A model generated the notes under the pieces. The model did no database searches. It saw only the letters and a list, made by a program, of their open reading frames with translations, and was not told the origin of the DNA. A DNA stretch of 64,000 nt from Marinobacter sp. Its GTDB lineage: Bacteria > Pseudomonadota > Gammaproteobacteria > Pseudomonadales > Oleiphilaceae. The position numbers and the translations under genes are program-made. The stretch covers positions 583 through 64,582 of the forward strand of contig JAVLAV010000004.1 in assembly GCA_031580735.1 (NCBI GenBank), in the 5' to 3' direction. Of this stretch, positions 52,072 through 59,640 are shown piece by piece (the stretch's first letter is position 1; each line of letters opens with the position of its first letter).

Positions 52072-52711
52072 TTCTGCCAATAGCCAGCCGGCTACTGTAT
52101 GCGTGGTGGACGACGACGCCGGCATGCTCGAATCCACGCAATGGTTGCTTGAGTCCGTAGGCCTGACCGTTCAGGCCTACAGCGACGGCCGGCGTTTTCT
52201 GGACACCGTGCACAAGACCAACGCCGGATGCGTGGTTCTCGATGTGCGCATGCCCGGCCTGGGTGGCCTGAATGTTCAGGAAGAAATGCAGAAACGCGAG
52301 CTGAACATCCCCATCATCTTTGTCTCCGGCCATGCCGATGTACCGATTGTGGTCCGGGCCTTCAAATCCGGCGCTTTCGACTTCATTGAAAAACCGTTTA
52401 ACCAGCAACTGCTGCTCGACAGCGTTCAGCAAGCTCTTCAGGAACACCAGAACGGCCGCCAGCGGGCCGCCGACGCCAGCACCGACAAACTTCTGGACAC
52501 CCTCACCCGCCGGGAGCGGGATGTGTTCCTGCCGCTGGCACAGGGTTACACCAGCCGGGAAATTGCCGATCAGCTTGGAGTCAGCGTCAAAACCATCGAC
52601 CTATACAGGGCCCGTGTAATGAAACGTCTGGGCGCAGATTGCCTGCCGGATGTCACCGGCCTGGCCATTGCCGCCGGGTTGCTCGACCCCTTGCGGTTGA
52701 GGGCGCGGTAA
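52064..52711 (+). CDS. FixJ/LuxR family response regulator
   Basis: VVDDD, VLDVRMPG, LTRRERDV...KTIDLYRARVMKRL. Confidence 0.9.
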   Translation: MTDSANSQPATVCVVDDDAGMLESTQWLLESVGLTVQAYSDGRRFLDTVHKTNAGCVVLDVRMPGLGGLNVQEEMQKRELNIPIIFVSGHADVPIVVRAFKSGAFDFIEKPFNQQLLLDSVQQALQEHQNGRQRAADASTDKLLDTLTRRERDVFLPLAQGYTSREIADQLGVSVKTIDLYRARVMKRLGADCLPDVTGLAIAAGLLDPLRLRAR

Positions 52712-52712
52712 G

Positions 52713-53903
52713 ATGACCGTTTCCACCAATGACTACGACGTAATCATCATCGGCGCCGGCGCAGCGGGGCTGATGTGTGCCGCCACCGCCGGCTACCGTG
52801 GCCGCAAGGTGCTGGTGCTCGACCACGCCAACAAACCCGGCAAGAAGATCCTGATGTCTGGCGGTGGCCGCTGCAATTTCACCAACCTGAACAGCACGCC
52901 GGCGAATTTCCTCTCCGACAACCCGCACTACTGCATTTCCGCGCTCAAGCGTTACACCCCGCAGGATTTTGTGGAGCTGGTGGACCGCCACGGCGTGGAA
53001 TATGAAGAAAAGGCGCCCGGCCAGCTGTTCTGCAAAGACAGCGCCAAAGACATTCTCAACGTGCTGCTGACCGAATGCGAGTGGGCCGGCGCTGAAATCC
53101 GGATGAAGACCTCCGTGAGCAAGGTGGCGGAAACAGAAAACGGCTATCGCCTGGCGACCAGTACCGGCACCCTGAATTGCGAATCGCTGGTGATCGCTTC
53201 CGGCGGCCTGTCGATCCCCACCATGGGCGCCACCGGTTTTGGTTATGAGGTGGCCAAGCAGTTTGGCCTCAAGGTACTGCCCACGCGCGCAGGCCTGGTG
53301 CCTTTCACCTTACAGCCGGAACTCAAAGCGCAACTGGCTCCCCTCTCCGGCGTCAGTTGCCCGGTAGAAGCCAGCTGCCATCAACACCCTTTCAGAGAAC
53401 CCATGCTGGTAACCCACCGCGGCCTGAGCGGCCCGGCCATGCTGCAGGTATCCAGCTACTGGCAACCCGGCGACGAAGTACACATCAACCTGCTGCCCGG
53501 GCAGAAAATTCAGGAAGACCTGCTGGCGCTACGCAAAGAAAAACCGCAATCCACCCTCGCCCACTACCTGAACCAGCACCTGCCCAAACGCTTTGCCCAG
53601 GCCTTCAACGAACTGCAGGGCTGGCAGGGGCCGTTACAGGAATACCGGAACTCAGACATCGAACACATCGCCCACACCCTGAGTGACTGGACCGTCAAAC
53701 CCGCAGGCACCGAGGGCTATCGAACCGCCGAAGTCACCCTTGGCGGCGTGGACACCCGCCAGCTGTCATCAAAAACCATGGCGGTTCTGGACAAGCCTGA
53801 TCTCTATTTCATTGGGGAGGTTGTGGACGTAACCGGCCATCTGGGCGGGCATAATTTTCAGTGGGCCTGGGCGTCCGGGGTGGCTGCGGGTAACGTCGCC
53901 TGA
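52713..53903 (+). CDS. HI0933/YhiN (BaiN-like) flavoprotein
   Basis: GAGAAG, KILMSGGGRCNFTN, TAEVTLGGV, GEVVDVTGHLGGHNFQWAWASG. Confidence 0.93.
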   Translation: MTVSTNDYDVIIIGAGAAGLMCAATAGYRGRKVLVLDHANKPGKKILMSGGGRCNFTNLNSTPANFLSDNPHYCISALKRYTPQDFVELVDRHGVEYEEKAPGQLFCKDSAKDILNVLLTECEWAGAEIRMKTSVSKVAETENGYRLATSTGTLNCESLVIASGGLSIPTMGATGFGYEVAKQFGLKVLPTRAGLVPFTLQPELKAQLAPLSGVSCPVEASCHQHPFREPMLVTHRGLSGPAMLQVSSYWQPGDEVHINLLPGQKIQEDLLALRKEKPQSTLAHYLNQHLPKRFAQAFNELQGWQGPLQEYRNSDIEHIAHTLSDWTVKPAGTEGYRTAEVTLGGVDTRQLSSKTMAVLDKPDLYFIGEVVDVTGHLGGHNFQWAWASGVAAGNVA

Positions 53904-54210
53904 GCCAGGCCAGTGGCGGAATGCCGATAACCATAAATGCAGGCCGAAACGCGGAAATAGACGACAACTGTCGTAAACCGTCATCATTATTGATCCCCCT
54001 CGCTTGTAGCCCCATGAAAACCATGAAATAGTCGGGAAATTAAGTGGTAAATAGGCGAACCAAGGATTCAGGACAAAATCGACGGTTGACGCCTATTTCC
54101 ATGGGCGGCCTTTTTTGGAAACAGGCAACCTACTGATCTGTTGAACGAGTTTTTGGGACTCCCTCACTGGGTCGGTGAAATAGGCGCGTTTTGGATAGAG
54201 GTCATTTGTC

Positions 54211-54229
54211 GTTGAATTGGCTGTTATGT
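54211..54229 (+). mobile_element. attI-like integron primary recombination site
   Basis: GTTGAAT-5 nt-GTTATGT. The core GTTATGT is the exact reverse complement of ACATAAC ending the first cassette, and no attC palindrome lies upstream of it. Confidence 0.6.
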
Positions 54230-54243
54230 TTTCGGGAGGAGCA

Positions 54244-54810
54244 TTGCGAGTCTTCTTAGATAATAATTTCTGGGACTATTTGGCTGAAAATCAGGTTGAC
54301 CTATTGAAATATTTCCCAGAAATCCAGTGTGAGCTGTGTGTGACAACTCATGGGAAGTATGAAATTTTTCAGCCATTCCGAGAGGATAAGATGTACGTAA
54401 AGGAGTATGCGCTCGATGCTTTACAATCTATCGTCACAGAAGATGCAGTTTTTGGATTTTATAGCTATTTATTCCCTCGCGAGTATCAAAGATCATCAGG
54501 ATTCGGTTCTGGACGTTTTTCTGAAAAAAATGAAGAAATAGCTCGAAAACAGCTTCATGAGAAGCATGGAACGCAAAAGAAACGGAAAGCAAGCCAAATA
54601 TTGTTTCAGGAAGAAGCAGATATAGAGCTAGCGGTACGCTCAATAAATCATCCAGTTGTCACATTTGATGCTCGTAAGAAGGGACCTTTGTACGATGCAT
54701 ATCATGAAGGTCGAAAAATTATTTTTCTGGATCGAGAGAGAAGCCAGTCTTTATCAGTCGATGAATTTATGAATAGTATATTGCTTGCGATTGATGATAC
54801 TAAAACATAA
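54244..54810 (+). CDS. Cassette 1: PIN-domain-like protein (188 aa, TTG start)
   Basis: RBS GGAGGA at 54235; acidic quartet in PIN order: VFLDNN, KYEI, ADIEL, VVTFD. Confidence 0.65.
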   Translation: MRVFLDNNFWDYLAENQVDLLKYFPEIQCELCVTTHGKYEIFQPFREDKMYVKEYALDALQSIVTEDAVFGFYSYLFPREYQRSSGFGSGRFSEKNEEIARKQLHEKHGTQKKRKASQILFQEEADIELAVRSINHPVVTFDARKKGPLYDAYHEGRKIIFLDRERSQSLSVDEFMNSILLAIDDTKT

Positions 54811-54888
54811 CCATGCCAGTCACGGCGACGCCTACTACATTGCGGCTTCGCCTCCATTTCGTATCCGCGCATGCTGGCGGCGTTATAT
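54805..54888 (+). repeat. attC site 1 (84 bp)
   Basis: R'' ACATAAC, L boxes GCCAG(T)CA / TGCTGGC with one extrahelical base, R' GTTATAT. Confidence 0.9.
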
Positions 54889-54902
54889 TCTCGGAGAGCA
54901 AA

Positions 54903-55769
54903 TTGTCAAACCCGGTAATCAGCGAAAAGTTCTTGCTCAAGTTTGCTCCCGAACATTTGGGAGCAGTGGGAAGGTTTCGTTTATTTGAATGCGAATCTTT
55001 CGCTCATGATAAAGTTTTCCGTCGGGGAATCGCCACTACCGCAGACCATCTGCAAAAATTTGCGGTCTTAGCCGACATTGCTAACGAGCTTTCAACACAG
55101 TTGGATCTTGATAGAGAAGAACTCGATCGATCTGGTTATTCACCGGCAACCTATTCGAATAGGTATGCAGCTGTCTTAGAATGCTGCATAAACGAACTAT
55201 ATTCCTCGCTTGATGGTGTCAGAGACGTAATATATGCCACCTTTCAAGGGGTAAGAGGTGTTCAGAAGAAATCAACTGAAAAGACCTTTCGGTATGCAAC
55301 GGATAACAATTATGGTCCGGAGTTTCCAAAGGAGTTAGCAGATATTTTAAAGAGCGCCAACGATGACTGGTTCTACAGACTGCGCAGATATAGAACGGAA
55401 TTCACTCATGGCAGCCTTGGTTCATGTCACCAGAACGCTGAAGACGGCAAAATTTCGTATTCCCACCAAGGGCTTGGAACTCAAAGTAAAGCGTTGGTTA
55501 TTGACGATATAGTCAGCTATATCAATGAGGTATACACAAGATGCCTTGAGCTACAGACCGAGATCTTTGAATTTTTCTACGATCACTTGACGCTAAAACC
55601 AACTCAAACGCTTTGTGGCTTTTATAAAGGTCGAGCCTATATGAGGGAGGTTTCTCCCGAGCGGCCGTTGACGTTTCATAGTGGCATCTGTCGATCAACG
55701 CATTACGAGCTCGAGTGCCCGATGAAAGACAAATGCGGGGCTTATGCCAACGCATTGGGACGAATATAA
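54903..55769 (+). CDS. Cassette 2: HEPN-like protein (288 aa, TTG start)
   Basis: RBS GGAGAG; ELYSSLD helix and W-x-x-RLRRYRTEFTH with RxxxxH at 55392-55409; C-terminal Cys cluster. Confidence 0.6.
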   Translation: MSNPVISEKFLLKFAPEHLGAVGRFRLFECESFAHDKVFRRGIATTADHLQKFAVLADIANELSTQLDLDREELDRSGYSPATYSNRYAAVLECCINELYSSLDGVRDVIYATFQGVRGVQKKSTEKTFRYATDNNYGPEFPKELADILKSANDDWFYRLRRYRTEFTHGSLGSCHQNAEDGKISYSHQGLGTQSKALVIDDIVSYINEVYTRCLELQTEIFEFFYDHLTLKPTQTLCGFYKGRAYMREVSPERPLTFHSGICRSTHYELECPMKDKCGAYANALGRI

Positions 55770-55836
55770 CCAAGTGGTCAACGGGACGATGGACTTCGCG
55801 TTGCTCCGTTGCCGCCCATTGCCACTGGCGCTACGT
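55764..55836 (+). repeat. attC site 2 (R' box mutated GTT to GCT)
   Basis: R'' ATATAAC, L boxes AGTGG(T)CAA / TTGCCACT, R' GCTACGT. Confidence 0.8.
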
Positions 55837-55866
55837 GTTTTCGTCGACCATGTATCGAGTATTTGG

Positions 55867-56205
55867 ATGAATGTAGAAATCATTGGTGATCGCGAATTTA
55901 TCGGCTCTGCTCAGGCTCAGGATGGTGTCTGGGTGCTAATGGCGGGCCAATCACTTTATGCGTTACCAGCGGGGGCTGGCAGGGATCTTCCTGTTTGGGT
56001 ATCAGAAGAACAAGCAGAAGTGTTCGCTAAGAATTTGAACCAAAGAGGACTGTCTCCCGTGTTCGTACCGATGAGCAATTTCCTTGGTGCTGCCTGGTTG
56101 GGTTCATCTAGCCTGCAAATCGTCGATGTCTTGGCTTCGCCCCGCTATGGCCATAAGCCTCTCACCTACACAGCTGAGGAGCTGCGTGCCAGACTCAAAG
56201 CATAA
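55867..56205 (+). CDS. Cassette 3: DUF2750-like protein (112 aa)
   Basis: GVWVL...LPVWVSEEQAEVFA...NFLGAAWL pattern; stop lies inside GCATAAC. Confidence 0.5.
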   Translation: MNVEIIGDREFIGSAQAQDGVWVLMAGQSLYALPAGAGRDLPVWVSEEQAEVFAKNLNQRGLSPVFVPMSNFLGAAWLGSSSLQIVDVLASPRYGHKPLTYTAEELRARLKA

Positions 56206-56253
56206 CATTGCTATTAAGTCTGTTCCGGCCGCCGCTTATAGCTGGCGTTAGCA
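56200..56253 (+). repeat. attC site 3 (54 bp, unusually short)
   Basis: R'' GCATAAC, L boxes GCTAT(T)AAG / CTTATAGC, R' GTTAGCA. Confidence 0.85.
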
Positions 56254-56274
56254 GCTACGGCACCCTTCAAAATC

Positions 56275-56310
56275 TTGCTCGCCGAGTAGAAAAAGGAATA
56301 ATTTGTACTC
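56275..56310 (+). promoter_or_regulatory. Candidate TA-cassette promoter/operator
   Basis: TTGCTC...AATAAT, overlapped by the dyad GAGTAGA / TGTACTC immediately before the brnT ATG. Confidence 0.5.
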
Positions 56311-56457
56311 ATGGATGACTTTGAATTCGACAAAGCCAAAAGCCAGGCCACTCTGGACAAGCACGGTATCGATTTTGTTGCTGCCCAAGCGCTGTGGAAA
56401 GATTCATACCTGCTAGAGATCCGCGCAAAATCAGTGGATTAGCTCTATGAAAGCTAA
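56311..56457 (+). pseudogene. brnT: Cassette 4: BrnT-family toxin, internally deleted
   Basis: MDDFEFDKAKSQATLDKHGIDFVAAQALWKD...SVD* (43 codons), then in-frame remnant LYES* overlapping the antitoxin ATG. Confidence 0.8.
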
Positions 56458-56716
56458 AGACTTCGATAAAAAATTTGAGGAAGGTCAGGAAGACATTGTT
56501 GATGACCTGGACCTGTCCTCTGCTCGCCGCATTAATCAGGAGCAAAAGCGAATCAACGTCGACTTCCCGGCCTGGGTTGTGGAGTCGTTGGACCGTGAGG
56601 CTGCGCGCTACGGAGTTACGCGCCAATCGATCATCAAGGTGTGGCTGGTGGAGCGCCTTCAGGCAGAATCTGCTAACAAGCCGCTAAATGGTGACGCCGC
56701 AGGCGGCGCACATTAG
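56447..56716 (+). CDS. brnA: Cassette 4: BrnA/CopG-type antitoxin
   Basis: MKAKDFDKKF...KRINVDFPAWVVESLDREAAR.GVTRQSIIKVWL ribbon-helix-helix; reads into attC4. Confidence 0.88.
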   Translation: MKAKDFDKKFEEGQEDIVDDLDLSSARRINQEQKRINVDFPAWVVESLDREAARYGVTRQSIIKVWLVERLQAESANKPLNGDAAGGAH

Positions 56717-56729
56717 CGGACCGTTATCA
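56671..56729 (+). repeat. attC site 4 (59 bp)
   Basis: R'' TGCTAAC, L boxes CCGCTA(A)ATG / CATTAGCGG, R' GTTATCA. Confidence 0.9.
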
Positions 56730-56787
56730 CGAAGCCACCGGGACAGGCACCCACCAAAGAGAATCCCAATCGATCAGCGTGCAGCGT

Positions 56788-57315
56788 TTAAGCCCCTGAA
56801 GCGCATGCTCTGCGCCAGCGGTTAAATTCCTCCAGCCTTTTCCGCATGCGCTTTACATGGCTGCCTTTCCAGTAGGTCTGTCGGCACTTCGGGCAGTGAA
56901 GCACCCCCTGCTGGCCGGCCTCCGGGGGTGCCGACGAACCGGGTAGCGGGCCTTTGTGGAAGGGGGTATTGCAGCGTTTGCAGCGGGAGAAAGGCGCGTG
57001 AAGCCAGTCCAGGTTGAGCTTGGTGGTGAGCTCCCTGATGTTGTCCGTCTGGCCGTCACTGGTGAGCAGAAGCACATGCTGCGGGCCGTTCCGGTGAAGA
57101 ATCAACTCCCTGTCACGGGTGACCAGCCAGCGGTTGTCCGCTGCCGCCATGGCAAGCACGTCCCGGTCCTCAGTGCCTTCCTCAGGCATATGAGTATCGT
57201 AACCCGCTACTCGCAGCCACTCTCCCAGGCCCCGCAGCATTTCATCGCAGACGAAACGGGGCGTATTCAGTGGGCACAGTATGCCGCTGTGTATTTCAGA
57301 GTCGTCTTTCCCCAT
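56788..57315 (-). CDS. Mut7-C RNase domain protein (PIN-like with Zn ribbon)
   Basis: FVCDEMLRGLGEWLRVAGYD, LVTRD, RCKRCN, CPKCRQTYWKGSH. Confidence 0.88.
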   Translation of the reverse strand: MGKDDSEIHSGILCPLNTPRFVCDEMLRGLGEWLRVAGYDTHMPEEGTEDRDVLAMAAADNRWLVTRDRELILHRNGPQHVLLLTSDGQTDNIRELTTKLNLDWLHAPFSRCKRCNTPFHKGPLPGSSAPPEAGQQGVLHCPKCRQTYWKGSHVKRMRKRLEEFNRWRRACASGA

Positions 57316-57512
57316 GTTGAATCAGGTCTCGAGGCCGCTCTTCGGGCGGACAGTGAAGCTCACCCGCCCTTCGGTAAGCCTCTATTATACATCCGGTACA
57401 GCAGGATAGAGTGCCGGAAAGTCGCCCCACGGTTTTTTGGTAGGGTCGCCTTTATGTTTGCCTGCGCACCCTGGCAGATCCCGCACCAGTTGGCCGAAGG
57501 CGAGAGTGCCTC

Positions 57513-57548
57513 AAAAAAATCGGGACAGATTTATTTTCCGTCCCGATT
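57513..57548 (-). terminator. Terminator-like hairpin downstream of the nitrilase unit
   Basis: AATCGGGAC / GTCCCGATT stem followed by a T run on the minus strand. Confidence 0.5.
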
Positions 57549-57554
57549 GCGCCG

Positions 57555-57764
57555 CTACTCGGCCACCTCCTCACCACTCCCGCCCATTCCCGTAGGCACA
57601 TCCTTCAGTTTTGGAACGCAATCCCGGATTCGCAGTACAGCCTCCTGATAATGAACATGCACCCCCGGTTGATACGGGAGCTCCGGAATGATTCCGGCAT
57701 AGACATCCGTCAGCCCCATGGAAGGGTGTTCGGTACTGGTTCCGTCACACCGCCCCCTATTCAT
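57555..57764 (-). pseudogene. C-terminal fragment of a GFA-family protein
   Basis: TEHPSMGLTDVYAGIIPELPYQPGVHVHYQEAVLRIRD..PKLKDVP..MGGSGE resembles GFA C-termini; the N-terminal Cys motifs are absent. Confidence 0.55.
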
Positions 57765-58695
57765 TGAAACTCACCGGCCTTTGCTGCCGGGTGTTCACCT
57801 GCAGTGAAAATATGTCTGGCCGTGAATAGTGGCCGACGATATCCAGACTGCGCCTTGCCGCGTTCACTTCGCTGACATCAATGTCCGCAAACAACAGCCC
57901 CGTTTCCTGACGCAGGGGACCGGCTACGATTTCCCCCGCGGGTGAAATAACTAATGAATCACCGGAGTTGATCCATTCTTCCTTGTCCGGATACAAGCGG
58001 TCGACTTCCGGAAAGTCCGCAGGCAGGTCGCTCGCACGCAGCACATTGCCCGCTCCAAGCACCCAGCAGCCCCCTTCCCTGGCAATGTGCTGAAGGGTGC
58101 GAATCCAGCGGTCGCCGCTGTCGTAGGTGGGCGCGATGTAGATATCGATGCCCTGTGCGAACATCGCGTAGCGCGCCAGTGGCATATAGTTTTCCCAGCA
58201 CACCAGTGACCCCACCCGGCCAACGGGGGTGTCGACCACTTTCATTCCGCTGGCATCGCCGAACCCCCATACCATGCGTTCCGGGTTGGTGGGCATGAGT
58301 TTTCGGTGGCAGTTCTGCACCGTACCCTCGGGGCTGATGGTGAGTACCGAGTTATAGAGGGTGGCCCGGCTGGTGTCTTCGTCGCGCTCGTCGATGCCGC
58401 ATACGATGGTCACCTGCATTTCTCTGGCAACCGCCAGCAGCGGGCGCAACTGGTTGGAGCCCAGCTGGACAGCGTTGTCGAGCAGGCGCCCGTGCAACCG
58501 CTCCGACAATCCCCAGTCACCGCCTGGTTTCAGCCGCCATATCCAGGCGGGATAGCCGGGAATGAAGGCTTCCGAAAATACGATCAGCCGGGCTCCCTGA
58601 TTGGCGGCATCCTGTACCAGTTGTACCGCCCTTTCGATGGTCTTTTCCCGGTCCAGAAAGACCGGAGGTTCCTGAACGATGGCAAGCTTGATCAC
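57757..58695 (-). CDS. Nitrilase (carbon-nitrogen hydrolase; GTG start refined)
   Basis: E-K-C triad: FSEAFIPGYP, HRKLMPT, VCWEN; GHYSRPD. Confidence 0.92.
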   Translation of the reverse strand: MIKLAIVQEPPVFLDREKTIERAVQLVQDAANQGARLIVFSEAFIPGYPAWIWRLKPGGDWGLSERLHGRLLDNAVQLGSNQLRPLLAVAREMQVTIVCGIDERDEDTSRATLYNSVLTISPEGTVQNCHRKLMPTNPERMVWGFGDASGMKVVDTPVGRVGSLVCWENYMPLARYAMFAQGIDIYIAPTYDSGDRWIRTLQHIAREGGCWVLGAGNVLRASDLPADFPEVDRLYPDKEEWINSGDSLVISPAGEIVAGPLRQETGLLFADIDVSEVNAARRSLDIVGHYSRPDIFSLQVNTRQQRPVSFNE

Positions 58696-58839
58696 GTCGT
58701 TCCCCTTATCAGTGGCTTCCAGAATCACTATCCGCCCAAACAGGTATGGGCGATAGTCCAGAAAATGGAGCGCCAGCGACACTGGAAAGGACTAGGATGA
58801 AAGATCGGGGCACAAACGCTGCCCAGGGAGCCAAAGCTC

Positions 58840-59532
58840 ATGACCAACTATGGACAATTTTGCACCGTCGCCCGAGGTTCGGAAATACTCGGGGAACGAT
58901 GGACACCACTGGTGATACGGGAGCTGCTGTGCGGCAGCACCCATTTCAACGAGATCCGGCGGGGCTTGCCGCGGATGTCGGCAACGCTTCTGGCCCAGCG
59001 CCTGAAAAAGCTTGAGGAAGTGGGCGTGCTTCAGCGGGTGCAGGAGGGCAGTCACCAGGAGTATGTGCTTACACCGGCCGGTGAGGAGTTGCGCCCGATC
59101 ATCCTGGCCATTGGTCACTGGGGGGCGAGATGGATTGGCAGCCGGTTGCAGGCAAATCAGCTCGATGCCGGCTTCCTGATGTGGGATATCCGCCGTTTCG
59201 CAAATATTGAGGAATTCCCCGCTGACCGCAGGGTGGTCATCCACTTTTTCCTGAATGATGCCCGGCACCGGGAGCGACACTGGTGGCTGGTGGTTGCCAA
59301 TGGAGAAATCGACCTGTGCCGTGAAGACCCGGGCCATGAACTGACCCTGGTGGTAGAGGCCAGCGTTGCCAGCCTGACTGAAATCTGGACCGGCGACAGT
59401 GACCCGGATGCCGAGCAACAGGCGCGCCGGCTGCTTGTCCGTGGCAGCACGCAGGATTCCCGGGACCTCTGGCAGTGGCTGGGGCGGAGCGTGTTTGCCG
59501 CTAGCAAACGCGTCAATGCGCCCTCGCTCTAA
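58840..59532 (+). CDS. HxlR-family winged-helix regulator with C-terminal SCP2-like domain
   Basis: YGQFCTVARGSEILGERWTPLVIREL...FNEIRRGLP; divergent from the nitrilase. Confidence 0.88.
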   Translation: MTNYGQFCTVARGSEILGERWTPLVIRELLCGSTHFNEIRRGLPRMSATLLAQRLKKLEEVGVLQRVQEGSHQEYVLTPAGEELRPIILAIGHWGARWIGSRLQANQLDAGFLMWDIRRFANIEEFPADRRVVIHFFLNDARHRERHWWLVVANGEIDLCREDPGHELTLVVEASVASLTEIWTGDSDPDAEQQARRLLVRGSTQDSRDLWQWLGRSVFAASKRVNAPSL

Positions 59533-59640
59533 AGAAACGACTCAGCAACAATCCGGAGGTAGTCTCAATGCGTATCGCAAAAGCGATAGCACTCAGCCCA
59601 TGCATTAGAGTCCGCATTCCACCCAACACAAGCCTGCAAA

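Larger units (their letters stand above)
54223..56729 (+). mobile_element. Integron gene-cassette array (4 cassettes) with no integrase in the window (CALIN-like)
   Basis: Four attC sites; co-oriented AT-rich ORFs ending at or running into the TAAC boxes; R'/R'' complementarity for cassettes 1, 2 and 4. Confidence 0.9.

Noticed and set aside
53769-54024. Short minus-strand ORFs as an intI remnant
   Set aside because: Translations show no tyrosine-recombinase or IntI N-terminal features
54813-54902. ORF-track N-terminal extensions of cassette genes (also 54217-54243 and 55744-55866)
   Set aside because: They run through attI/attC sequences; downstream starts (RBS-supported for cassettes 1 and 2) fit the cassette boundaries
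54805-56729. CRISPR array interpretation of the spaced palindromes
   Set aside because: Repeats differ in sequence and length and are separated by whole genes; attC architecture fits; no cas genes
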